From an uncultured Syntrophobacteraceae bacterium (GTDB lineage: Bacteria > Desulfobacterota > Syntrophobacteria > Syntrophobacterales > Syntrophobacteraceae): a stretch of 64,000 nucleotides of DNA. This document shows, one piece after another, positions 36,968 through 46,132 of the stretch; position 1 is the first letter of the stretch, and each line of letters starts with the position of its first letter. The notes under the pieces are model-generated. The model searched no databases and was not told the origin of the DNA. It was given only the letters and a program-made list of their open reading frames with translations. The translations under genes were made by a program, and so were the position numbers. Location: positions 68,470-132,469 of the forward strand of contig CAZLCS010000010.1 of NCBI GenBank assembly GCA_964557955.1. Direction: 5' to 3'.

Positions 36968-38659
36968 ATGAGGAAAGTGGCCCATAAGGGGAGGATGAGA
37001 ATGAGACAGTCGGCGGGGTGGAGCTTCCTCGTGCTCGGGTTGCTCACGATCGGGATGGGGTCGATGGGATCGGTTCGGGCCGAAGATGTGCGCATTGTGG
37101 TAGCAGAGGGGGACAACCTTTCAACCCTCAGCGAAAAGTACCTGGATGAGCCGCATGATTGGATTGCCGTCGCCCGCGTCAACGACCTGAAGGACCCGCA
37201 CCTGATCTTTCCGGGGCAGGAACTGGTAATCCCGGAGCATCTGCTCAAGGGCTTGCCCGCGCTCGGGAAAGCCACTTTCGTCAGGGGAGAGGTCCTGATC
37301 ATGCGCTCCAGGGACACGGGATGGGAGCCCTTGGGCCTCTCGGAGGAGATCCCTGCGGAGAGTCGGGTCCGGACGGGCGGCGATGGCGCTTTGGAAATCA
37401 CCTTCGAGGACGGGTCCTCGTGCTTCCTGAAGCCTGAAACGAGTCTGAAGATCGCCAAGGCCAGAAAGCGCGGACCCCATCACTTCTTCAGAGATCTCTT
37501 TCTGGAGCTTGGAAGAATCATCACAAGGCTGCAGGGGGCGGTCGGGAGTGGATCTCGCTTCAACATACGCACGCCGTCGGCCACGGCGGCCGCCCGGGGG
37601 ACCGAATTCAGGGTTTCGTCGGATGAGCGCAGGGACACACGCATCGAGGTGCTGGAAGGGATGGTGGGTGCGGCGAGCCGCTGGCGGGGAGTGACCCTGG
37701 AGGAGGGCGAAGGAACGCTGGTCCGCCGGGGTCTCAAGCCCGTCGAGCCCCGTAAGCTGCTCAATCCTCCGTCCCCAGACCATGTTGAGGCGGCTTACAA
37801 CAAGATGCCACTGGAGCTTCGGTTTCACCCGGTTCCCGGAGCCGCAAGCTACCGGGTGATGCTGGCGGTGGGATCCGAGTTGAAGGACGTGGTGCGCGAA
37901 GTCCGGATTGATCCGGCCGCCGCCGCAGTCATGGAAGATCTTGCGGACGGTCACTACTATCTCTACGCCCAGACGGCTGACGAGCTCGGTCTCGAGGGGC
38001 CCCGTTCGAGTCCCGTCCCCATCAAGGTGAGAACCAATCCTGTGCCTCCCTTCATTCAATACCCGGTGGACGGGACCGAGCACAAGGCGACGGCCGTCGT
38101 CTTCAAATGGCTGAACGTGGAGGATGCCGAGAAGTACCATTTGCAGGTGAGCACGGATCCGGACATGATCCAGCTGGTGGAGGAGCATGATGAAATCGGA
38201 AGGGTCGAGTTCAAGACCGAGGAGCTCACACCCGGCAAATACTTCTTCAGGATTCGTTCGGCTGCCGCCGATGGGTATCGCGGGGCCTGGTCCGACATCC
38301 AGAGCTTCACCATTTTGCCTCCGCCGCCCGTCCCTCCTGCAGATCCGCCCAGGAGCGACCGAAAGCACATCTACATGCGGTGGCAGGACTTGGGCGAGGG
38401 TATGAAGTACCATTTCCAGATGGCCAGGGATAAAGAGTTTCAGGACATCGTCCACGACGCAACAGTGGAACAGCCTGAAATCACTGTGGATAAGCCCAGG
38501 AAATCAGGGACCTATTACGTTCGCGTGAGCGGCATCGCTCCGGATGGCTACGAGGGACGATTTTCGCCGCCCCAGAGCTTCAAGGTCGCTAGGTTCCCTT
38601 GCTGGATCGTGGGGGGCGTCGTCACGGTGACCACCATCATCCTGATCGTGGTTTTGTAG
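36968..38659 (+). CDS. Secreted LysM-FecR domain protein with Ig/Fn3-like repeats and a C-terminal TM
   Basis: LysM (VAEGDNLSTLSEKYL...LIFPGQELVIP) and FecR (GDGALEITFEDGSSCFLKPETSL...TPSATAAARGTEFRV). Confidence 0.85.
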   Translation: MRKVAHKGRMRMRQSAGWSFLVLGLLTIGMGSMGSVRAEDVRIVVAEGDNLSTLSEKYLDEPHDWIAVARVNDLKDPHLIFPGQELVIPEHLLKGLPALGKATFVRGEVLIMRSRDTGWEPLGLSEEIPAESRVRTGGDGALEITFEDGSSCFLKPETSLKIAKARKRGPHHFFRDLFLELGRIITRLQGAVGSGSRFNIRTPSATAAARGTEFRVSSDERRDTRIEVLEGMVGAASRWRGVTLEEGEGTLVRRGLKPVEPRKLLNPPSPDHVEAAYNKMPLELRFHPVPGAASYRVMLAVGSELKDVVREVRIDPAAAAVMEDLADGHYYLYAQTADELGLEGPRSSPVPIKVRTNPVPPFIQYPVDGTEHKATAVVFKWLNVEDAEKYHLQVSTDPDMIQLVEEHDEIGRVEFKTEELTPGKYFFRIRSAAADGYRGAWSDIQSFTILPPPPVPPADPPRSDRKHIYMRWQDLGEGMKYHFQMARDKEFQDIVHDATVEQPEITVDKPRKSGTYYVRVSGIAPDGYEGRFSPPQSFKVARFPCWIVGGVVTVTTIILIVVL

Positions 38660-38677
38660 CCCTGTAACCTCCAACCC

Positions 38678-38726
38678 GAGACCCGAGACCCGAGACTCGA
38701 GACCCGAGACTCGAAACTCGAAACCT
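38678..38726 (+). repeat. Heptanucleotide tandem array, 7 units (GAGACCC x2, GAGACTC, GAGACCC, GAGACTC, GAAACTC, GAAACCT)
   Basis: Read directly. It begins 19 nt after the LysM-FecR stop and ends just before the CHASE2 kinase ORF. Confidence 0.95.
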
Positions 38727-38780
38727 TTCGTGCCGGATTGCATGCTTCAGTCGACGTCCAAACCTCAGTCCAAGGCCGCA

Positions 38781-41414
38781 ATGCGATCGATGAAGAAGGT
38801 CGGGTGGTTGGTGCTGCCCGGGCTGGCTGCGGCGATTCTCCTGGTCCTGATCGAGCTCTTCGGCCTTTTCGAGGGTCTGAACCTTTACGCTTACGACCTC
38901 TTCATGAGGCTTCGTGGTCCTCGTGAGCCTTCGGAGGAAATTCTCCTGGTGACCATTGACGAGAAGACGCTGCAGCGCCTGGGGCGGTGGCCCATCGGGC
39001 GCCACTGGTACGCGGAGCTTTTGAAACGGTTGGGGAGCCCGACTGCAGTAGGACTTGACATCATCCTGGCCGACCCCTCGCCGGAAGATGAAACGCTGGC
39101 CGAGGCCTTGGGATCTCATCCCAACGTCGTGCTCCCCGTCTATCTCGATCGACAGAGAGGATGGGTGAGCCCATTGGAATCACTGGGAAAGATGGTCACC
39201 GGGCATATCCATCTCGAACCGGGCATCGACGGTGTGACTCGACAGGTGTTTCACACGGTCGCCCATTGTGACATTCAGTTCCGTTCCTTTGCTTCGGCCA
39301 TTCGCTCGACATTCGACGGCCGGGAAGGACCGGAGGCCTCATCGCCTTCACCCGTTCCTTTGGCGGAGAATCCAGCGGAGATCACCCAATCCAATCCCAT
39401 GTGGATCAACTACTACGGCGGCAGAGAGGCCTTTCGCACCGTGTCTTTCGTGGATGTGCTGGAGGGCAGGTGGCCTCCCGCCTTCTTCGACGGCCGCATC
39501 GTGCTCGTGGGACTCACGGCTGTGGGGTTGGAAGAGGGTGTACTCACCCCCTTCTCCCAGGATCGAAAGCGATTGTCCGGCGTTGAAGCTCATGCTCAGA
39601 TCTTGAGCAACCTTCTCGATGGGAGCGACATCCAACCGTTGGGATCGTGGTCCCTCTGGATTTCCATGCTGCTTGCGGGGCTCATTTCGTTCTGGTGGAT
39701 TGAGCGTGTGAGGCCGCTCCAGATGCTGATGGTTTTCCTGGGGGGCGGTCTCGTCGTGAATGCGGTCTCCTATTCGGCGCTGACCCATGCCAACGTCTGG
39801 ATTCCGCCCGCAGGATTTCTCGGTTTGATGGGAGCCGGATGTGCAGCGGGGTACGTGTCGCGACTCCAAAGAGTGCAGACCTTGCTGATTCAGGCCAAAA
39901 AGGATTGGGAGGAGTCCTTTCACTCCCTGGATGAGGCCATCATTCTCTACGATGAGCACTGCAAGGTGATTCGAATGAACCGGGCGGCCTCCCACGAGCT
40001 GGATCCCTCGCTGCTTGAGGTCTTCCGCGACCGATGCCGTTACTGGTTGCTCCGCAACGGCAGGAGTGATCTGGAACCCGAGCCTCAGGAACTGAAGTTC
40101 CAGTCGCTCCCGGGTGTGGAAGAAGTGAGCCTGACGCATGGGGACCGCCACTATGAAGTCAGGTCGCTGGCAAGGGTGGACGATAAAGGGAACTTCCAGG
40201 GCTTCATCCATGTAGTCCGTGATGTCACCTACCGCAGGCAGCTGGAGCTGGAACAGCGGGAGCTTCAGACGAAGCTATCCCAGGCCCAGAAGATGGAGGC
40301 CCTGGGGACCCTGGCCGGAGGCATCGCCCACGACTTCAACAACATCCTCTCGGCCATCATCGGCTACGCGGAGCTTATGGCCGTCTCGGTGGATCGAGAG
40401 GGCAAGTTCCAGGAGCGGCTGGAGCGCATCATTCAGGCCGGTCTCCGAGCCAGGGACCTTGTCAAACAGATTCTCACCTTCAGTCGACGAACGGTGCAGG
40501 ACCTGAAACCGATCCAGCCGGGAAAGATCGTCACGGAGGCCATGCGTCTGTTGAGGCCTGCTCTGCCGACGACCATTGAAATCCAGGTCAGCGTCTCCAG
40601 TGAAGCGTATGTGGAAGGCGACCCCACCCAGGTCCACCAGATCGTGATGAATCTGTGCACCAACGCGTATCAGGCCATGAAAGCCCAAGGCGGGCGCCTC
40701 GAGGTGGCGGCCGAGGATGTGGTGCTGCAGGACGGGATCGAACAGGAGAACTGGTACATTCCGCCAGGCCGATACGTCGCCGTTCGGGTGAGCGACACGG
40801 GGGAGGGTATTCCGAATGAGATAAGGAAACGCATCTTTGAACCCTATTTCACCACCAAGGAGGTGGGAGAGGGAACGGGGCTGGGACTTTCCACCGTCCA
40901 TGGCATCCTCAAAGCTCATGGAGGCGGTCTGGTCCTGGAGAGCGAGCTGGGCAAAGGCACGACCTTTCATGTCTATCTGCCCATCTTGGACCGGGTGAAG
41001 GCGTCCGCCGAGCCGCTCGAACATCATGGGCCGCTCATGGGCTCCGAGCGCATTCTGTTCGTGGATGACGAGGCGGCGCTTATCGAAATCGCCAAAGACG
41101 CTCTGGAAGAAATGGGATATCACGTCACCGCCCGGAGGAGCCCCGTGGAGGCCCTGGAGTGTTTTCGTTCGGATTCCTCGGCGTTCGACATTCTCATCAC
41201 GGATATGACCATGCCGAAGATGACCGGAATTCAGCTGGTGATGGAAGTGCGGAATATTCGGGCCGATATTCCCGTCATCCTGTGCACGGGCTACCGCCAG
41301 ATCTCGAAACCGGAGGAAATTGAAACGGCCGGAATCGGCCGCATCATCACCAAACCCGCCACATCGAAGGACCTGGCCCGAGCCATTCGCAGCCTCATGG
41401 ATGGAAGGGGCTGA
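38781..41414 (+). CDS. CHASE2-domain hybrid sensor histidine kinase (CHASE2, TMs, PAS, HisKA, HATPase_c, REC)
   Basis: CHASE2 ([36 protein letters not shown]), H-box [12 protein letters not shown], and REC ([20 protein letters not shown]). The start could also be 38730 or 38742. Confidence 0.88.
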   Translation: MRSMKKVGWLVLPGLAAAILLVLIELFGLFEGLNLYAYDLFMRLRGPREPSEEILLVTIDEKTLQRLGRWPIGRHWYAELLKRLGSPTAVGLDIILADPSPEDETLAEALGSHPNVVLPVYLDRQRGWVSPLESLGKMVTGHIHLEPGIDGVTRQVFHTVAHCDIQFRSFASAIRSTFDGREGPEASSPSPVPLAENPAEITQSNPMWINYYGGREAFRTVSFVDVLEGRWPPAFFDGRIVLVGLTAVGLEEGVLTPFSQDRKRLSGVEAHAQILSNLLDGSDIQPLGSWSLWISMLLAGLISFWWIERVRPLQMLMVFLGGGLVVNAVSYSALTHANVWIPPAGFLGLMGAGCAAGYVSRLQRVQTLLIQAKKDWEESFHSLDEAIILYDEHCKVIRMNRAASHELDPSLLEVFRDRCRYWLLRNGRSDLEPEPQELKFQSLPGVEEVSLTHGDRHYEVRSLARVDDKGNFQGFIHVVRDVTYRRQLELEQRELQTKLSQAQKMEALGTLAGGIAHDFNNILSAIIGYAELMAVSVDREGKFQERLERIIQAGLRARDLVKQILTFSRRTVQDLKPIQPGKIVTEAMRLLRPALPTTIEIQVSVSSEAYVEGDPTQVHQIVMNLCTNAYQAMKAQGGRLEVAAEDVVLQDGIEQENWYIPPGRYVAVRVSDTGEGIPNEIRKRIFEPYFTTKEVGEGTGLGLSTVHGILKAHGGGLVLESELGKGTTFHVYLPILDRVKASAEPLEHHGPLMGSERILFVDDEAALIEIAKDALEEMGYHVTARRSPVEALECFRSDSSAFDILITDMTMPKMTGIQLVMEVRNIRADIPVILCTGYRQISKPEEIETAGIGRIITKPATSKDLARAIRSLMDGRG

Positions 41415-42094
41415 CGGCAGCTCGGGCCAGCAGAGGAGATCAGGGTTGAATTTCCCGTCACTCCGTTGATAGGGCGGCTCCAACCCTGATGATCCATGCT
41501 TGAGGCTGTGATGAGGCCCGCCTTGTCAGGATCCATTGTTCCATCGGCGTGTTGGCCTGGTGTGGCCCCTTCCGCAACCGGTCCGGTCCACGCCGTTCGT
41601 CAATTCACAAAGCGTCAAGATAGTGCCTCTCGGGCGAGAAAGTCTGGCTCATCGCGGATCAGCGTGATGGCACATCCCGTTCATGCTGAGGTATCGAAGT
41701 GCGAGCAGCGCGGTTCGCCCTTCGATACCTCAGGGCGAACGGCTGCGGAGCCACACGGTCACGCAAATCCGCGTTGAGCCGAAAGTCTTTCCGAGGGATC
41801 GGCGCCCGGGCCTGGCGGGCGTTGTAGATTGCCCTGGAGTCCGGCTTCTTTGTCACTGACCGAGAGTGTCAAGGTTCACGACTCCCGAACTGGGTCTCGG
41901 GGTGTGTGGGGGTGTCGGTGTTATGACGCTCCGGGCCTTGGTACGGCGAATCTTCCTGATTCAAGACCTGCATGGCTCGGCCGGGCGCCAATGACAGCCC
42001 CGTCTGCATCAATCCCCCTCGAAAGGGGCAATGCCGTTTGTCTGAAAAGCGGAGTCCCTTTTCATGCTTCGTTGTGGGCGAAAGCCCATGGGGG

Positions 42095-42140
42095 TTGACT
42101 TGAGGGGTGGCACGGGCCAAGCGAAGCTTCCCCGTGATGG
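42095..42140. repeat. Repeat R2, copy b (uninterrupted paralog of the site occupied by MITE copy C)
   Basis: TTGACTTGAGGGGTGGCACGGGCCAAGCGAAGCTTCCCCGTGATGG, compared with the rejoined flanks of copy C. Confidence 0.7.
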
Positions 42141-42252
42141 AGAGGTCATGCAAGGGCCGGCTTCGGTTGGCCCATGTCACCTTGTCGGCCAGTACCCTTT
42201 GAGCCCAAATCAAGCCAGGTCGGCTGCTCGGTTTCCTGTTGCTTCCACTGGT

Positions 42253-42267
42253 TGGCACACGAATTGC
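42253..42267 (+). promoter_or_regulatory. Sigma-54 (-24/-12) promoter TGGCAC-acgaa-TTGC
   Basis: Exact TGGCAC-N5-TTGC on the same strand as prkA, about 290 nt upstream of the prkA ATG. Confidence 0.6.
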
Positions 42268-42278
42268 TCGTTATCGAA

Positions 42279-42474
42279 GCGGAATCAGAGACTGGCACAG
42301 CACGGGATAATGCACTTCTTGAAGTTCGGGACCCACCTGTGGATCAAGGAGCGAATTTGACGGCTACTCCCTACGGCCTGAACAAACTGGTTACCAACAA
42401 GGACGGCCCTTGATGCGGCGCCGAGCTCTACCGGTACACCCCGAAGCCATGGCCGTCATGCCATGGCTTTTTTT
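42279..42474 (+). ncRNA. Candidate ~195-nt sigma-54-dependent sRNA or terminating 5' leader of prkA
   Basis: Bounded by the predicted sigma-54 start (about 12 nt past the -12 GC) and the intrinsic terminator at 42444-42474. There is no credible ORF; the only ATG ORF is 16 codons (MHFLKFGTHLWIKERI). Confidence 0.35.
42444..42474 (+). terminator. Rho-independent terminator (AAGCCATGGC-cgtcat-GCCATGGCTT followed by a T run of 7 in total)
   Basis: A perfect 10-bp GC-rich stem, a 6-nt loop and TTTTTTT, read directly. It lies 84 nt upstream of the prkA ATG. Confidence 0.75.
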
Positions 42475-42557
42475 GTCTCTGCGCAATGAGGCACACAGGG
42501 GATCGCGGTACGGCGATTTTGCGAATGAATGCCCTTGAACGGGGGAGGAAACAAGCG

Positions 42558-44624
42558 ATGCAGACGAATGGTGTGCGAGGACTGGCCCATCACCTCAAGG
42601 AAGTGAAACAGGGCGGAAGGCGATTCGAGAATGCCTACCAGTCCGTTGCCCGCATGATTCTCGGGAGCAACGGGAACATCGACCGGGTCATGGTGAACGG
42701 AAAGACGACCTACGACTTCAAGCTCTTCCGAAACGGCGGCAAGTCCGTTGTCGGCATGTACGACGAGATCAACAGCTTCGTTTCCTTCGTGAAGGACGCC
42801 GCCGAGGGTGGGTCCTCCCGGGAGATGGCCTACGTGCTCGTGGGCGAGCCCGGAAACGGCAAGACCTTCTTCGTGGATTTTCTCTGCGCCCGCTACCGGA
42901 GCTTCATCGCACAGCCCGAGAATCGCCGCTACACCTTCAACTTCAATCACCTGGACCGCCTCGGCGGGTACGGAAAGCTGACCTCCATCCAGTCCCAGAC
43001 TTTCGAGGACCCGGTGCTCCTCGCCATGAACCTCCTGGAATCCCCGGATGAAAACCGGCGGTTCCTGGCCGAGCACGGCGGATTCGACGATGCCGAAATC
43101 GAGAAGATGTACGACGCCTATCGTCCACTTGGCGCCTGCACGGACTACATTCTGAACGACATTCGCAACCACGTGGACGGCAGCCTCGAGGAACTGCTCT
43201 CCTTCATTGAGATAGTGCCCGTCCCCCTGAGCGAGAGCCTGGGGACGGTCACGGGGAAATACTCGGCCAAGGACAAGATCACCTCTTCAGCGGTGGACCT
43301 CCTGGGCGAGGAATCCATCCAGCGATTGCTGCACATCAGCGACGCCAACAACCCCTACCGGTTCGATCTGCGGCGGGGCGCGCTGGCCCGGGTGGCAGGC
43401 GGCGGCATCCATTTCAGCGACGAAATCTTCAAGAACAAGAAGGACCTGGTGCAGGTATACCTCGGGGTCATCCAGAATCGCAACATCGAGATCGACGGTT
43501 TCCGCTGGCCCATCGACACGCTCATCATCGCCACGAGCAACAACGCCGAGTTCAACCGTTTCCTGGCCGAGCGCGAGGAAGCCCCCATCGTGGACCGCTG
43601 CCGCATCTGCTACGTGGCGCACAACACCGACTACCGCATGCAGGAGAAGCTGACGCTCTACGCCATCGGAAGCGAATCCAAGACGACCCTCACCCACGAA
43701 AAGCTGCACCAGGACCCGAACCTCAATTACGCCTGCTCGGTGGCCGCCGTGCTGACCCGGCTTCCAAGGTCCGAGAAACTGACGCCCATTGAGACGATGA
43801 AGCTCGCCGCCGGGGAGATCGCCGGCGAGAAAAGCATCAAGACTCTGGCCGAGGTCATCGACGCCCTGAACCATGAGCCGGATATCACCAAGCGGTTCGG
43901 CCAGAAGGGGCTGGGTCAGCGCAACGTCGGGCGGGCCATCCAGCTCCTCATGGAAACCTCCGAGACCAACGAGGGACGCTGCATGTTCGCCTGCGACCTC
44001 TTCAAGTCCCTCGAACGGATCATCCTGGACTATGTGTCCGAGGGGAACGACCGGGTGAAGTACCTGGAGGACCTCAAGATCGCCAAGGGACTCTACCGGG
44101 AGCGCATCACGACGGAGATGTTCAACGCGTACATGGATGAGCCCCACGCCATCCGCAAGGACGTCATGAACTACGTGAACATGATCATCGGCATTGACGC
44201 CGAGAACCTGGGACCGGACAAGATCTGGAAATACAAGGACCCCCAGACGGGAGAGCTTCGGGCCCTCAAGATCGACGAGCGGTTTGTGCAGAGTGTGGAG
44301 GACCGGCTGGGGCTCAAGACGCGCGAGCAGCGGGAGTCCTTCCGGACCTCCATCCGCAAGATCTATGGCCAGAAGCTCTCCGTGGATTTGAACTACGACT
44401 TCATGGACAACCTGGAGCTTGTCAAGGCGGTGACGGACGTGAGGCTCAAGTCCGATATCGCCGGCGCAGGCAGCCTCATCGGTGCTCTTGCCAACCGAAC
44501 CCATGATGAGAACCAGAAGCTCTACGACCGCATGATCGACACCATGCTGAACAAGCTCGGATACTGCGCAACCTGCGCCCAGAAGACCATCGAATACTTC
44601 TGCACGCAGGATGACGAGCAGTGA
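42558..44624 (+). CDS. prkA: PrkA-family AAA+ serine protein kinase (YeaG homolog)
   Basis: YDFKLFRNG..GMYDEINSFVSFVKDAAEG..VLVGEPGNGKT. The ATG at 42558 has a GGGGGAGG RBS. Confidence 0.9.
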   Translation: MQTNGVRGLAHHLKEVKQGGRRFENAYQSVARMILGSNGNIDRVMVNGKTTYDFKLFRNGGKSVVGMYDEINSFVSFVKDAAEGGSSREMAYVLVGEPGNGKTFFVDFLCARYRSFIAQPENRRYTFNFNHLDRLGGYGKLTSIQSQTFEDPVLLAMNLLESPDENRRFLAEHGGFDDAEIEKMYDAYRPLGACTDYILNDIRNHVDGSLEELLSFIEIVPVPLSESLGTVTGKYSAKDKITSSAVDLLGEESIQRLLHISDANNPYRFDLRRGALARVAGGGIHFSDEIFKNKKDLVQVYLGVIQNRNIEIDGFRWPIDTLIIATSNNAEFNRFLAEREEAPIVDRCRICYVAHNTDYRMQEKLTLYAIGSESKTTLTHEKLHQDPNLNYACSVAAVLTRLPRSEKLTPIETMKLAAGEIAGEKSIKTLAEVIDALNHEPDITKRFGQKGLGQRNVGRAIQLLMETSETNEGRCMFACDLFKSLERIILDYVSEGNDRVKYLEDLKIAKGLYRERITTEMFNAYMDEPHAIRKDVMNYVNMIIGIDAENLGPDKIWKYKDPQTGELRALKIDERFVQSVEDRLGLKTREQRESFRTSIRKIYGQKLSVDLNYDFMDNLELVKAVTDVRLKSDIAGAGSLIGALANRTHDENQKLYDRMIDTMLNKLGYCATCAQKTIEYFCTQDDEQ

Positions 44625-44639
44625 GAAAGATGGTGCATC

Positions 44640-45995
44640 ATGGTTGAACGGATGATCCTCGAATACGAAAAAGAGCGTGAGATGGAGATTGAAAGGGCGG
44701 TGCACGATCCTCCCGTGCAGCCAGGTCCGTGGGACGTCGACGGGCCGTCGCTCATTGCCCGCATGCAGAGCGACCTTTACGGCTCCGGCGATCTGGTGCT
44801 CCTCCAATCGGCATCCGCCGGCGCCAAGACTCCAGTTCACAGTCTGCGCTCCCTGGACGAATTGCTGGAGCGCGACCGGCTGCGGGAAATGGACGGGTTT
44901 CCACGCAAGATCCGCATCGGGCGTCTGGTGAAGCCAGGCCGCGGTGCCCGGGAGCGCATCATCCTGGTTCCGACCACTGTTGAGGAGAAATTCATCCACG
45001 ACACCCGCGACCAGGAGGACGAGCAGCAGACGGGAGCCGGGGGCTCGGGTGAAGGCCGGGAAGGGGAAGTCATCGGCGAGGAGCCCGTTCATGGCGGCGA
45101 CGGTTCCGGAAAGGGTGCTGCCGGCCAGGGAGACGGCGGCGAACATTCCATCGAATCCAGCGCCTACGACCTCGGAAGAATCCTCACAGAGAAGTTCCAG
45201 CTTCCCAACCTCAAGGACAAGGGAAAGCGGCGCTCCATGACGCGCGAGACCTACGACCTGACCGACCGCCACAAGGGGTTCGGCCAGATCCTGGATAAAA
45301 AGGCCACCCTGAGGAAAATCCTGGAGACCAACATCGCACTCGGGACCCTGGACACCGAGACTGAAATAGATCCCGTCAGTCTTCTCATCTCGCCGGAGGA
45401 CCGGATGTACCGCATCCTCTCCCGTGAAAGAGAATACGAGTCCCAGGCCATGGTCTTCTTCGTGCGCGACTACTCGGGCTCAATGTCCGGAAAGCCCACA
45501 GAGATTGTCGTGAGCCAGCACGTGCTCATCTACAGCTGGCTCCTCTACCAGTATGACAAGCAGGTGGTGACGCGCTTCATACTCCACGACACCGATGCCA
45601 GGGAAGTCCCCGACTTTTACACATATTACAGCTCGACGGTTGCCGGCGGAACGCGTGTTGAATCCGCCTACCGGCTCGTGAACGACCTCGTGGAGCAGGA
45701 AAGCCTCGCCCGCGATTACAACATCTACGTTTTCCACGGTACGGACGGCGACGACTGGGATTCCGACGGCAGCAAGACCCTGCCCGAACTGGAGAAGATC
45801 CTCGTCTACAGCAACCGGGTCGGGATCAGCGTGGCCAAGACCAACGGAGACTCTCAGCGCACCTCCACGATCGAGCACTACATCAGGAAGTCGGGCCTCC
45901 TGGAGAGCCAGTCCGGTCGAATCCGGCTGGATGTGCTGACCGAGGGAGCCAGCGAAGCGCAGCTGATCGAAGGGATCAAGCACCTCATCTCGTGA
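44640..45995 (+). CDS. yeaH: YeaH/YhbH (DUF444, vWA-like) protein
   Basis: Acidic Gly-rich centre, then FFVRDYSGSMSG (MIDAS-like) ... YVFHGTDGDDW. Canonical position after prkA. Confidence 0.88.
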   Translation: MVERMILEYEKEREMEIERAVHDPPVQPGPWDVDGPSLIARMQSDLYGSGDLVLLQSASAGAKTPVHSLRSLDELLERDRLREMDGFPRKIRIGRLVKPGRGARERIILVPTTVEEKFIHDTRDQEDEQQTGAGGSGEGREGEVIGEEPVHGGDGSGKGAAGQGDGGEHSIESSAYDLGRILTEKFQLPNLKDKGKRRSMTRETYDLTDRHKGFGQILDKKATLRKILETNIALGTLDTETEIDPVSLLISPEDRMYRILSREREYESQAMVFFVRDYSGSMSGKPTEIVVSQHVLIYSWLLYQYDKQVVTRFILHDTDAREVPDFYTYYSSTVAGGTRVESAYRLVNDLVEQESLARDYNIYVFHGTDGDDWDSDGSKTLPELEKILVYSNRVGISVAKTNGDSQRTSTIEHYIRKSGLLESQSGRIRLDVLTEGASEAQLIEGIKHLIS

Positions 45996-46132
45996 GCATT
46001 GCCGGGTGCTCGACCCTGGATTCCGGATGAAGCGGCCGTGTGTCGACGGCGTCCGTTATGGAGCATCGAACATCAACCATCCAGCATCTGTGGTCCGGCA
46101 TCCAGCGCGGCCGGCAACAGGGACAGTAGATC

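Noticed and set aside
37121-41483. Minus-strand ORFs 37121-38455, 39348-40211 and 40275-41483.
   Set aside because: They are shadows of the LysM-FecR and CHASE2 kinase genes and have no domain signatures.
41659-42258. Minus-strand ORFs 41659-41856 and 41869-42258 as possible remnants of an IS5-family transposase (LADKVTWANRSR versus ADKGYD; FRLNADLRDRVA...ALRYRR versus F..LK.FRRIATRYDK).
   Set aside because: The matches are a few residues each, and the spacing between the two candidate motifs (about 100 codons) is far larger than in real IS5-type transposases. I cannot support this without a profile search; the possibility is noted within the findings only.
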